The notes under the pieces are model-generated. The model did not search any database, had not been told where the DNA came from, and was given only the letters and a program-made list of their open reading frames with translations. Positions 24,701 through 38,469 of a stretch of DNA of 64,000 nt are shown one piece after another. Positions within the stretch are counted from its first letter, which is position 1, and every line of letters begins with the position of its first letter. The DNA is from Macrostomum lignano (Eukaryota), in NCBI GenBank assembly GCA_002269645.1, contig NIVC01004007.1:925-64924 (forward strand). The letters are read 5' to 3'. A program made the position numbers and the translations under genes.

Positions 24701-27700
24701 AGACGCTGAGGAAGGCCTCGGTTAAGATGATGTTCAGCCGTGGGACGTCGTCATCTTTGTGCCGTTCTAGCAGGCTGCGGAGATGCGCGATGCCCGGCCA
24801 CTTGCTGGGCTGGGTGTTGGGCGCTTCCAGGTCTTCTTGAGGCTGCTGACTGGCGCCTGCTAGTGTGAGTGCGCGGTATTCATTTGAAAGGGACTCTATA
24901 ATGGATTTTATCGACAGTGAAAGCGCCGCTCTGATACATCGCTTCCATTTTAGGGCTACAGTAGGGTCCGTGAAAAAGGGTCCAAATTTCCGCGGAAAGG
25001 CCGCGGAATTCTGTGCAAAATGTGTGAAATTTGCGCTTATTATATTGAATCTTGCTCTTTGCCCAGGAATTCATACTCCTTCCGTGACTAAATCTCTTTT
25101 TTCTTCTAGTAGAACCAATATGAAAGAGATTTAAAGCCTAATTTAAATCTTTGAATAATTTCTTTATGATGTCAGGCCATCACGTCACCGAAAATCAAAA
25201 GGTTCCATCGAATATTAAAGCGCTTTTCTGATAAGAAACAAGGAGATAGAGAGAGATGGAGAGAGGAGAGAGGCGGCAGGGAGGAGGAGAGAGGAGAGAG
25301 GCGGCAGGGAGGAGAGAGGAGAGAGGCGGCAGGGAGGAGAGAGGAGAGAGGCGGCAGGGACGAGAGAGGAGAGAGGCGGCAGGAAGGAGAGAGGCGGCAG
25401 GGAGGAGGAGACAGGAGAGAGGCGGCAGGGAGGAGAGAGGAGAGAGGCGGCAGGGAGGAGAGAGGAGAGAGGCGGCAGGGAGGAGAGAGGAGAGAGGCGG
25501 CAGGGAGGAGAGAGGAGAGAGGCGGCAGGGAGGAGAGAGGAGAGAGGCGGCAGGGAGGAGAGAGGAGAGAGGCGGCAGGGAGGAGAGAGGAGAGAGGCGG
25601 CAGGGAGGAGAGAGGAGAGAGGCGGCAGGGAGGAGAGAGGAGAGAGGCGGCAGGGAGGAGAGAGGAGAGAGGCGGCAGGGAGGAGAGAGGAGAGAGGCGG
25701 CAGGGAGGAGAGAGGAGAGGCGGCAGGGAGGAGGAGAGAGGAGAGAGGCGGCAGGGAGGAGAGAGGAGAGAGGCGGCAGGGAGGAGAGAGGCGGCAGGGA
25801 GGAGAGAGGAGAGAGGCGGCAGGGAGGAGAGAGGAGAGAGGCGGCAGGGAGGAGAGAGGAGAGAGGCGGCAGGGAGGAGAGAGGAGAGAGGCGGCAGGGA
25901 GGAGGAGGCGGCAGGGAGAAGAGAGGAGAGGCGGCAGGGAGGAGAGAGGCGGCAGGGAGGAGAGAGGCGGCAGGGAGGAGAGAGGCGGCAGGGAGGAGAG
26001 AGGCGGCAGGGAGGAGAGAGGCGGCAGGGAGGAGAGAGGCGGCAGGGAGGAGAGAGGAGAGAGGCGGCAGGGAGGAGAGAGGAGAGAGGCGGCAGGGAGG
26101 AGAGAGGCGGCAGGGAGGAGAGAGGCGGCAGGGAGGAGAGAGGAGAGAGGCGGCAGGGAGGAGAGAGGCGGCAGGGAGGAGAGAGGCGGCAGGGAGGAGA
26201 GAGGCGGCAGGGAGGAGAGAGGCGGCAGGGAGGAGAGAGGAGAGAGGCGGCAGGGAGGAGAGAGGCGGCAGGGAGGAGAGAGGCGGCAGGGAGGAGAGAG
26301 GCGGCAGGGAGGAGAGAGGAGAGAGGCGGCAGGGAGGAGAGAGGCGGCAGGGAGGAGAGAGGCGGCAGGGAGGAGAGAGGCGGCAGGGAGGAGAGAGGCG
26401 GCAGGGAGGAGAGAGGAGAGAGGCGGCAGGGAGGAGAGAGGCGGCAGGGAGGAGAGAGGCGGCAGGGAGGAGAGAGGCGGCAGGGAGGAGAGAGGCGGCA
26501 GGGAGGAGAGAGGCGGCAGGGAGGAGAGAGGAGAGAGGCGGCAGGGAGGAGAGAGGAGAGGCGGCAGGGAGGAGGAGAGAGGAGAGAGGCGGCAGGGAGG
26601 AGAGAGGAGAGAGGCGGCAGGGAGGAGAGAGGCGGCAGGGAGGAGAGAGGAGAGAGGCGGCAGGGAGGAGAGAGGAGAGAGGCGGCAGGGAGGAGAGAGG
26701 AGAGAGGCGGCAGGGAGGAGAGAGGAGAGAGGCGGCAGGGAGGAGGAGGCGGCAGGGAGAAGAGAGGAGAGGCGGCAGGGAGGAGAGAGGCGGCAGGGAG
26801 GAGAGAGGCGGCAGGGAGGAGAGAGGCGGCAGGGAGGAGAGAGGCGGCAGGGAGGAGAGAGGCGGCAGGGAGGAGAGAGGCGGCAGGGAGGAGAGAGGAG
26901 AGAGGCGGCAGGGAGGAGAGAGGAGAGAGGCGGCAGGGAGGAGAGAGGCGGCAGGGAGGAGAGAGGCGGCAGGGAGGAGAGAGGAGAGAGGCGGCAGGGA
27001 GGAGAGAGGCGGCAGGGAGGAGAGAGGCGGCAGGGAGGAGAGAGGCGGCAGGGAGGAGAGAGGCGGCAGGGAGGAGAGAGGCGGCAGGGAGGAGAGAGGA
27101 GAGAGGCGGCAGGGAGGAGAGAGGCGGCAGGGAGGAGAGAGGCGGCAGGGAGGAGAGAGGCGGCAGGGAGGAGAGAGGAGAGAGGCGGCAGGGAGGAGAG
27201 AGGCGGCAGGGAGGAGAGAGGCGGCAGGGAGGAGAGAGGCGGCAGGGAGGAGAGAGGCGGCAGGGAGGAGAGAGGAGAGAGGCGGCAGGGAGGAGAGAGG
27301 CGGCAGGGAGGAGAGAGGCGGCAGGGAGGAGAGAGGCGGCAGGGAGGAGAGAGGCGGCAGGGAGGAGAGAGGCGGCAGGGAGGAGAGAGGAGAGAGGCGG
27401 CAGGGAGGAGAGAGGAGAGAGGCGGCAGGGAGGAGAGAGGCGGCAGGGAGGAGAGAGGAGAGAGGCGGCAGGGAGGAGAGAGGCGGCAGGGAGGAGGAGA
27501 CAGGAGAGAGGCGGCAGGGAGGAGAGAGGAGAGAGGCGGCAGGGAGGAGAGAGGAGAGAGGCGGCAGGGAGGAGAGAGGAGAGAGGCGGCAGGGAGGAGA
27601 GAGGAGAGAGGCGGCAGGGAGGAGAGAGGCGGCAGGGAGGAGGAGACAGGAGAGAGGCGGCAGGGAGGAGAGAGGAGAGAGGCGGCAGGGAGGAGAGAGG

Positions 27701-30700
27701 AGAGAGGCGGCAGGGAGGAGAGAGGAGAGAGGCGGCAGGGAGGAGAGAGGAGAGAGGCGGCAGGGAGGAGAGAGGAGAGAGGCGGCAGGGAGGAGAGAGG
27801 AGAGAGGCGGCAGGGAGGAGAGAGGAGAGAGGCGGCAGGGAGGAGAGAGGAGAGAGGCGGCAGGGAGGAGAGAGGAGAGAGGCGGCAGGGAGGAGAGAGG
27901 AGAGAGGCGGCAGGGAGGAGAGAGGCGGCAGGGAGGAGAGAGGCGGCAGGGAGGAGGAGAGAGGAGAGAGGCGGCAGGGAGGAGAGAGGAGAGAGGCGGC
28001 AGGGAGGAGAGAGGAGAGAGGCGGCAGGGAGGAGAGAGGAGAGAGGCGGCAGGGAGGAGAGAGGCGGCAGGGAGGAGGAGAGAGGAGAGAGGCGGCAGGG
28101 AGGAGAGAGGAGAGAGGCGGCAGGGAGGAGAGAGGAGAGAGGCGGCAGGGAGGAGAGAGGAGAGAGGCGGCAGGGAGGAGAGAGGCGGCAGGGAGGAGAG
28201 AGGCGGCAGGGAGGAGAGAGGCGGCAGGGAGGAGAGAGGCGGCAGGGAGGAGAGAGGCGGCAGGGAGGAGAGAGGCGGCAGGGAGGAGAGAGGAGAGAGG
28301 CGGCAGGGAGGAGAGAGGAGAGAGGCGGCAGGGAGGAGAGAGGAGAGAGGCGGCAGGGAGGAGAGAGGAGAGAGGCGGCAGGGAGGAGAGAGGAGAGAGG
28401 CGGCAGGGAGGAGAGAGGAGAGAGGCGGCAGGGAGGAGAGAGGCGGCAGGGAGGAGGAGAGAGGAGAGAGGCGGCAGGGAGGAGAGAGGAGAGAGGCGGC
28501 AGGGAGGAGAGAGGCGGCAGGGAGGAGAGAGGAGAGAGGCGGCAGGGAGGAGAGAGGAGAGAGGCGGCAGGGAGGAGAGAGGAGAGAGGCGGCAGGGAGG
28601 AGAGAGGAGAGAGGCGGCAGGGAGGAGGAGGCGGCAGGGAGGAGAGAGGAGAGAGGCGGCAGGGAGGAGGAGAGAGGAGAGAGGCGGCAGGGAGGAGGAG
28701 GCGGCAGGGAGGAGAGAGAGGGAGAGGAGAGGTAAGTTGACATTCCACTTTTGTATTTAGTAATAAATTCCTAGGCATTAAGCTACGCACCATAAGCATA
28801 GACAGCGGCGTCCCTCAGCGCGCCCAGCTGCTGCTGCTGAGCTCCCTGACTCAAAGCATCGGTCCTTTGTCCAGCCAGCCGGCTCATCAAGCAGTAATAA
28901 TCGCCGTACACTAAGCTAGTAGTGAATCCGGCAGCGGCCGCGGCGTCACCAGGCGGCCCGACACTGTCTACTAGGCACTGATAGACGCAGGCGGATACGG
29001 CAGCACTGATGCTGCGCAGCAGGAACAGTTCCTGGGCGTTGGCTGGCAGCTCAGGCGGAGACGCCCATCGGCGCAGCTGGCCGAGCACGTCGCCAATGAG
29101 ATTCTGCAGCTGACGGATGGGATCGGCTACTACAGTTTTGAAGCTGCTAACAGCCGCATTGATTAGAGGCAAACTGTTCGGCAGAGGCATTTTAGCTTCT
29201 AATTGAAGCGGCGCATCGGTCAGATTGTCCTGCAGCAGTTCCTGAAGGAGCAGCACCAGCTCCATGCGCACTGAAGTCAGGCCGCCGCCGCTGGCGCCGT
29301 GCAGAGAGCAGAAGCTTAGCAGAGTTCGCAACAGCTGTTCATTGTCGCGCAGCCACAGCTTCCTACGCTGCCAAGAGTCCAAACGGCTGTGCAATGAGCC
29401 GCCTAAGTCAACTAGGCTGGCCTTGCGACCGCCGTAACCGGGTGCAGCGGCTGCCGAGGCGACAGTCGTTATCGTGGCGGCGGAATCTTCCTCTTCACCG
29501 GGAGTGCAGCCGTAGTGACACAGTCGCCTCAGCAGTGCGGTCTCCCGCTCTAGCCAGGCGTACAGCTGGGCCCGCAGCTGGCCGCCGTCGACTTCAAAGC
29601 CCGTAGCCAAGGTGCTCAGCTCTTCGGACATAATCCGCTGGCAGGCCACGAATCGCAGCTGGTGAGTCATTACGTCCAGCACAGCCGGAGAATCTTTTAT
29701 TGCAACCACTTCGCCAGTCGGCGCGTCATCAACCGGTGCTTCACCGTTTTCGAGGGCACCAGCTTCCTTTTTATCAATCGTCGCCTCATCGTCGTCAATA
29801 TCCTCGTCGCTGCTGCTGCTCAGTCGAAGCGACGGCGGCCTGTCGTCGTCTGCGTCAGCCGCCGTTCCGATGTCGTTCCAGCACAGGAAGTTGTCTTCCT
29901 CTTTGGCCGGCGGCGGTGGCGGAGGCGGCGGCTGCTCCGCCTGCTGCTGTTCACCGTCGGCCGCCTTGCCAGCCGGAGTCTCCAGTCGCAGATAGTCGGG
30001 CAGGCGGGTCAGCACCTCAAGCGCCAGACTGGGGCAGCCCAAACGGAAATAGGCGTGTGCGGTGCGGAAGAACAGCCGGCGCTCTGTTAGGCTCATCCGC
30101 TCACCCGACGCTGCCGATGCGGCTGTCGGCACCGCCGCAGTTGCACCGCCGCCACCCATGCCAACTGGTAGGCCGCCGCGCAGTTTAGCCTGGCGCAGTA
30201 TCAACGGATGGCATTTCAAATAATTGAAGTAGTTGAACACGCTCGGACTGGACTGGTCAAGCAGGGCGGAGTCCGGCTCGCCCAGCAGCAGAGTGCTGAC
30301 TGCTTGGTCATAGTCTTTCAATAGCCAGTGCGCCATGCTGCGGTAGAACGGATTAGAATAATACCGGCCAGTCGGGCTGAGCACGTACTTATTGAGTAAG
30401 TCGGCGAGCGGCTGGTTGCTATTGGATACCAGTACGCCTTCGGCTGCGTGCAGCCTAGCCAGCACTATGGCCAGCTGCAGATCGTTCAGTTTGGTGACGC
30501 AAACTTCTACCGCATCTTTAACGCTGTTGCCAAGCAGAAAGAAGGCGGCTGCGTGCTCAAATCGTTGCTTACCTGCGAGAGGGCAATCGCATCAGTGCGT
30601 TAGGCGGATTTTGTAACAGAATGAATCCCATTATTTCACGTATTACATCTCAATCATATTACATCTGAATTATATCACACCTGAATTATATCACACTTGA

Positions 30701-33700
30701 ATAATATCACACATGAGATATATCACACCTGAATTATATCACACTTGAATTATATCACACATGAGATATATCAAACCTGAATTATATCACACCTGAATTA
30801 TATCACACTTGAATTATATCACACCTGAATTATATCACACTTGAATTATATCACACATGAGATATATCAAACCTGAATTATATCACACCTGAATTATATC
30901 ACACTTGAATTATATCACACCTGAATTATATCACACTTGAATTATATCACACATGAGATATATCAAACCTGAATTATATCACACCTGAATTATATCACAC
31001 TTGAATTATATCACACCTGAATTATATCACACTTGAATTATATCACACCTGAATTATATCACACCTGAATTATATCACACCTGAATTATATCACACCTGA
31101 ATTATATCACACCTGAATTATATCACACCTGAATTACATCACACTTGAATAATATCACACATGAGATATATCACACCTGAATTATATCACACCTGAATTA
31201 TATCACACCTGAATTATATCACACCTGAATTATCACACCTGAATTATATCACACCTGAATTATCACACCTGAATTATATCACATCTGAATTATATCACAC
31301 TTGAATTATATCACACCTGAATAATATCACACTTGAATTCTATTCGAAGGGCATATGATAGCACCCGAATACAAACGGATACTATTATAAACTAAATCCA
31401 TCTGCATTTTGAAATCCATCAGCATCCCAATCAAGCCAGCAGCCTCAGCTCACCCAGCAGGTCAAAGGCATTCTTCAGAGCCGCTGTGCGCCAACGCTCC
31501 TGACTGAAGTCTTGCCGAAAGAAGTCCTGCAGCTTCTGATTGCTGACAGTTTTGTACAGGGCGGCCATCACTTTGACTCGTCGCATTGCCAGATAGAATA
31601 CGGCAGCGTCTAGCGGCTCCTGCTTAGACTGAAAAGCCGCCTTAGCGGCCCGTTCAGCGCATCGGCGCAGCAGAGAATCGTTGCGCACCCACCAGCCGCA
31701 GCCGTACTGCTTCATCACTGGCCAAGCTAGGTCGCCAGACTCCGTGACAGGCAACCGGCTGAGCAGCTCCTCCTGAGCCTCGCTGTGAAATGCCCAGACT
31801 AAATTGCCAGCGGCGATGCCATTCTGTGCTAGCTCGGCCCGCTGGCTAGGCGGCAAAGTGCGCAACAGGTAGGTGTGATGCTGCAGTACAACAAAGAATC
31901 TGAGACCGCACGCGTCTAGGGAGTCGGTGAGGCCGCGCACCTAAGCGAGGTTAGTAGGTTGGATGATAATAAAGGTTATTAAGAGGGCGGACACAAATTT
32001 GGGGCTTGTAAACGAAAAAATTGCTGTACAATTTAGGCCTGACGATGGGGGGGGGGGGTCCGCAGCCCAGTGGCCAAGCGCGGCGCTCTCATGTGCCAGC
32101 GGCCCAGGCTCGATTCCAAGTGCAGTTACATTAATTTGGGGCCAAATTGGAATCTCAGCTTGGCTCTGCTCGTGCAATTAACGGCCTGAGGGCCAACCCC
32201 CCAAGGCACAGTGTGTATGCCTAACGATAAATAAAGTTAGGGCCGCTGTACACTCCCGTGAGTGTGTGCCTGCTCAGGGGAGTCGGCAGAATGGCAGTAA
32301 TGCCTCTCGCCGGTTGTGACAATCTCGCTTAAATTGCGCCAGGGTGCACACTGCCCCTGCCTTTAACTAGGCCTGACGATAAGAACTCTGGGTCGCTGTA
32401 CACCCTGTGCGAGATTGTGCCTGCGTGCGTGCTCAGGGGTTATCGGAATGGGCCTGAGTTCTTGCTTCCTCGCTGCCTTAATTTGCACTCAGGGGTTTTC
32501 GGAATGGGCCTGAGTTCTTGCTTCCTCGCTGCCTTAATTTGCACTCAGGGGTTTTCGGAATGGGCCTGAGTTCTTGCTTCCTCGCTGCCTTGATTTGCAC
32601 TCAGGGGTTATCGGAATGGGCCTGAGTTCTTGCTTCCTCGCTGCCTTAATTTGCACTCAGGGGTTTTCGGAATGGGCCTGAGTTCTTGCTTCCTCGCTGC
32701 CTTAATTTGCACTCAGGGGTTTTCGGAATGGGCCTGAGTTCTTGCTTCCTCGCTGCCTTAATTTGCACTCAGGGGTTTTCGGAATGGGCCTGAGTTCTTG
32801 CTTCCTCGCTGCCTTAATTTGCACTCAGGGGTTTTCGGAATGGGCCTGAGTTCTTGCTTCCTCGCTGCCTTAATTTGCACTCAGGGGTTTTCGGAATGGG
32901 CCTGAGTTCTTGCTTCCTCGCTGCCTTAATTTGCACTCAGGGGTTTTCGGAATGGGCCTGAGTTCTTGCTTCCTCGCTGCCTTAATTTGCACTCAGGGGT
33001 TATCGGAATGGGCCTGAGTTCTTGCTTCCTCGCTGCCTTGATTTGCACTCAGGGGTTATCGGAATGGGCCTGAGTTCTTGCTTCCTCGCTGCCTTGATTT
33101 GCACTCAGGGGTTATCGGAATGGGCCTGAGTTCTTGCTTCCTCGCTGCCTTAATTTGCACTCAGGGGTTTTCGGAATGGGCCTGAGTTCTTGCTTCCTCG
33201 CTGCCTTAATTTGCACTCAGGGGTTTTCGGAATGGGCCTGAGTTCTTGCTTCCTCGCTGCCTTAATTTGCACTCAGGGGTTATCGGAATGGGCCTGAGTT
33301 CTTGCTTCCTCGCTGCCTTGATTTGCACTCAGGGGTTATCGGAATGGGCCTGAGTTCTTGCTTCCTCGCTGCCTTGATTTGCACTCAGGGGTTATCGGAA
33401 TGGGCCTGAGTTCTTGCTTCCTCGCTGCCTTGATTTGCACTCAGGGGTTTTCGGAATGGGCCTGAGTTCTTGCTTCCTCGCTGCCTTGATTTGCACTCAG
33501 GGGTTATCGGAATGGGCCTGAGTTCTTGCTTCCTCGCTGCCTTGATTTGCACTCAGGGGTTATCGGAATGGGCCTGAGTTCTTGCTTCCTCGCTGCCTTG
33601 ATTTGCACTCAGGGGTTATCGGAATGGGCCTGAGTTCTTGCTTCCTCGCTGCCTTGATTTGCACTCAGGGGTTATCGGAATGGGCCTGAGTTCTTGCTTC

Positions 33701-36700
33701 CTCGCTGCCTTGATTTGCACTCAGGGGTTATCGGAATGGGCCTGAGTTCTTGCTTCCTCGCTGCCTTGATTTGCACTCAGGGGTTATCGGAATGGGCCTG
33801 AGTTCTTGCTTCCTCGCTGCCTTGATTTGCACTCAGGGGTTATCGGAATGGGCCTGAGTTCTTGCTTCCTCGCTGCCTTGATTTGCACTCAGGGGTTATC
33901 GGAATGGGCCTGAGTTCTTGCTTCCTCGCTGCCTTGATTTGCACTCAGGGGTTATCGGAATGGGCCTGAGTTCTTGCTTCCTCGCTGCCTTGATTTGCAC
34001 TCAGGGGTTATCGGAATGGGCCTGAGTTCTTGCTTCCTCGCTGCCTTGATTTGCGACGGAGCCCAAAAAGACTCGTCGCAAGCTATAATAAACCAGCTTA
34101 AAATCCTCTCACTCCGCAAATTTGAGCAGTCTATAATTTGCAAGTTCCCACAGTAGCACTATGGCAGCAGAGTTCAAAGCAAGCTGCTCACCGAGCCCTC
34201 AGTGCTGGTGTAGCCTCGCACGCTGCCATCGTCTAGTGAGGCCAGACGCGCTCCAGTCTTCGGCTGCCAGTCGGAGCCCAGGCCGGTCTGCAGGTTGGCA
34301 ACCACTTCAGCCAAAGCTAGCAGGTACATCTGGTCTAGGCGGCTCAGGCCGGGCAGCTGGATCTGCATCAGGTGCTCAGTAAGCAGCTTGGCGGTAGCTG
34401 GCCCGAAAGCCGTTCGATTGCCGCCCTGCTGCTGGTGACCAGTGGAAGTCACCCGACGCTGAGTCCGAGGAGACTTCGGTGAGTCGCCGTCGCCAGCCTC
34501 AAGCTCGTCGTCTTCTTCCGCCTCGAGCAGGTTGTGCGAGTAGGTATCCGGCAGAGAGGCCTCGTCGCCGAACGCGTTATCAAACAGATCGTTGGCACCA
34601 CCATTCAGCAGGCCGCCGGAAGCGTCGGCGCCAGCGCCAGATTGAGAGCCAGCGCCGGCACCGGCGACGCTGTCATTGTCGGCTTCGAACAAGGCGTACA
34701 GCGGCAGCGGCGGGACGGCTTTGATGTCAAGCACCTGAGTTAGGTAAAAATGACGTGTGCTGGAGAAGTGGACGGGTTATTTTGTTGTAATTTTCGACCA
34801 CATGACCGACATGGTAAGCGACCACATGACCGACATGGTAAGCGACTACATGACTGACATGATAAGCGACCACATGACCGACATGGTAAGTGACCACATG
34901 ACCGATATGATAAGCGACCACATGACCGACATGGTAAGCGACTACATGACTGACATGATAAGCGACCACATGACTGACATGATAAGCGACCACATGACCG
35001 ATATGATAAGCGACCACATGACCAACATGGTAAGCGATCACATGACCAACATGATAAAGGACAAGATAAGCATTAAACGACAATTGGTGCAAATAACGAA
35101 AAAAAACTTACAGCCTCATCGCCGGCAGCCTGAGGCTGGGCGCCCTCCACAACGCAGTGCGTGAGATGCGCCAATATGGCTCGGATCCGTTTGAATTTGC
35201 CAAAGCCTAGCAGTTCCATCAGCTTCTTAGGATGATACTGCGGCAGAGTTGGGTTGCAGATCTGGGCAGCCTCGAATAGGCCAACATCCTGGATGAAAGC
35301 TGCCAGATCCAAATGTTGCGGCTGAGCCTGAGAGATAGCGACAGCACCAGCAGACGAGGATGCAATCTGATCGTGCTCAGTCAGACTATAAGCCGAGTAG
35401 GTGCTGTGCAGCCGATTCAGAGGCAGGGTGGCAGCGGACTTAGACAAGGCCAAGTCGGTAAGCTCTCGCTTGTCAACAAAACCGGATCGAGGCTTGGCAC
35501 CGCCAGCCGGTGCAGCCGACGCCGTGGCCGAAAATTTTTTCTCTTTAGAAGAGTCCGCTGGCGCCGTGTCAACCGCGCCGAGTCCGCCTAGCAGAGGTTT
35601 CCACTGCGAATAGACGTGCAGCTCGTTGTCCATGCCAACAACTAGCAGACCCTCGCGCACCCAGGCCACTCGCATCGGTAGCGGGGCCAGATCGTCCGCC
35701 GTTGACAACTGGATCGCTCTTAATCGCATCCAGCGAATCTCTAGGCCGGCAGCCGACTCCCCGGCCATCTTAGTTCGCTGCTGAAGCACAGCCCGACCCT
35801 GGCGCTTTAATGCCGCTTTCATGTCGTGATAGTCCTTGGCCGTAGCTGTGGCGAGCTCGTGCGACACCGGCGCAAACATTTGGATGCAGGTGCTGGCCGC
35901 CACGGACAGGATGTGCGACCCGTCCTCGGTGGACACCCAGTCAAGTTGGACGAATCGCTCGTTGGGCCAGTCGGCTTCCGAACCGTTGGGTTGAGCGCTT
36001 TTGCTGGTTAGAATATGAGGGACTTAGTTGCTAAGTTAGTGAGTCATAGCAAGGCTTTCAGACTACCATTGAGCAGCCCTACTGATTATACCATTGAGCA
36101 GCCCTACTGATTATCCCATTGAGCAGCCCTACTGATTATCCCATTGAGTAGCCTTAGTGATTATCCCATTGAGTAGCCCTACTGATTATTTCACTGAGCA
36201 GCCCTAGTGGTTATCCCATTGAGCAGCCCTAGTGATTATCCCATTGAGCAGCCTTATTGATTATCCCATTGAGTAGCCTTATTGATTATCCCATTGAGCA
36301 GCCTTATTGATTATCCTATTGAGTAGCCTTATTGATTATCCCATTGAGTAGCCTTATTGATGATCCCATTGAGCAGCCTTATTGATTATCCCATTGAGCA
36401 GCCTTATTGATTATCCCATTGAGCAGCCTTATTGATTATCCCATTGAGCAGCCCTACTGATTATCCCATTGAGCAGCCTACTGATTATCCCATTGAGCAG
36501 TCTTACTGATTATCCCATTGAGCAGCCCTACTGATTATCCCATTGAGTAGCCCTACTGATTATCCCATTGAGCAGCCCTACTGATTATCCCATTGAGTAG
36601 CCTACTGATTATCCCATTGAGCAGCCCTACTGATTATCCCATTGAGTAGCCTACTGATTATCCCATTGAGCAGCCCTACTGATTATCCCATTGAGTAGCC

Positions 36701-38421
36701 TACTGATTATCCCATTGAGCAGCCCTACTGATTATCCCATTGAGTAGCCCTAGTGATTATCCCATTGAGCAGCCTTACTGATTATCCCATTGAGCAGCCT
36801 ACTTTTTAGAACAATGCATACTTACAGACTAGACGCCAATATACTCTTGTGCAGGTGAATAGAGTCCTCCATAGTCCAGCCGGTGCCGCCAGTTGACTCC
36901 CACTCGTAGATAGCCACTCGAATATCGAATAGCTTACCGGTGCCGCAGCCGTTCCCAATCTTAATACCCTCATCTTCCTCGCCAGGCAGACTGCTAGTGC
37001 TGCCTGTGCTGCTGCGGTAGGCCACGGCGATCCGGCCGCTATAGGCGCAGGAGACGCACAGCGGCTGGCCGGGAACTTCAATAGCGCTAGCCGAATCGCC
37101 TAGCATTCGCCATTCGCGCCAATCTGATCCGGTGGCTTCGCCACCTCTCTGTTGCCATGGCGACCAGAATCGGATACGATTATCAGTGCACACGGTGGCT
37201 AGTAGGTAGGGTGATAGGCAGGCCGGATAGATCGATGCGGAGCTGAGATGGCCGGCTGACACGGCCGCTTGAGTTATGCCAACTCCAGGCGGCAGGGCCA
37301 GTGCAGCCGAGGCCACCTTGGCTGAGCACACTGTCAGGCTGAGCTCGCTGAGCAGTGTGCGACGGCTTGAGTCCGCGTACGGCGACTCCGGCTCGCTGGG
37401 GCTGCCAGCATTAACTGACTGCTGCCGCTGCAGCTGCTGCTCGGCTGGGGTCCGCTTGCCTGAATTGAATTGATAGTTAATGGGTTAATGAGACAGGTAA
37501 AAAATTCTGGTGACACATGACAAGACGGCAGTCAGACTGACAGGTGACACACGGCAAGACAGCAGTCAGACTGACAGGTGACATACGGCAAGACAGCAGT
37601 CAGACTGACAGGTGACACACGACAAGACAGCAGTCAGACTGACAGGTGACACACGGCAAGACAGCAGTCAGACTGACAGGTGACACACGACAAGACAGCA
37701 GTCAGACTGACAGGTGACACATGACAAGACAGCAGTCAGACTGACAGGTGACAGAGGGCAGGACAGCAGTCAGACTGACAGGTGACACACGTGACACAGG
37801 ACGGCAACTCACCGAGGGTGATACGCCACACGTGAAGACGGGTAACGCCGTCAGGCTCCCCAACCAGCATTGCCAAATAGAAGTTGCCAGTCTGAGCATC
37901 TGTTGACGTGGCCGACGAGGCCGTCTCGGCAGCCGATCGATTGCCGGTGACCAGCGGCTCGGCGAAAGCGTGCAGAATGAGAGCGCCGCCGCCTGGGACG
38001 CGAGAGTGGGCCACTTCGGCTAGTTCAACAACGCAGCCAGGCTTAGAGGCACTCTGCAAGCTGACAATCTCGCTGCTGTTGCTGCCGGCCATGGACACGT
38101 GGCTGGCTATGCTGGTGTCCGTTGTGGAGGAGCTCATACCGCTTGCTGCGCCAACACCCTGCAGTGAATTGAAAATTAACTTTGCTAACTGGCTACTTCA
38201 AGTAGAAATTTACGAAATTTCGACTTATTGAAATTGAACATGCAAATAAAAATAAGTGCGCGTACACTTTTGCATAGACGACTAACATAAAAGATTAATT
38301 GAAGACCAAATAAGACGCGTAGATAAACAGACACAGACGCAGACTGGCACACGGGAAATAGACAGACAGACAGACCGATAGACAGACAGACAAGACAGAC
38401 AGACCGATAGACAGACAGACA

Positions 38422-38469
<48 letters not shown>

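Noticed and set aside
25195-28799. ORFs of about 1160-1190 aa on both strands
   Set aside because: Stop-free by-products of the T-free satellite inside a DMXL intron
32430-34054. Regular arrays as possible CRISPR loci
   Set aside because: Head-to-tail repeats with no unique spacers and no cas genes, in a eukaryotic context
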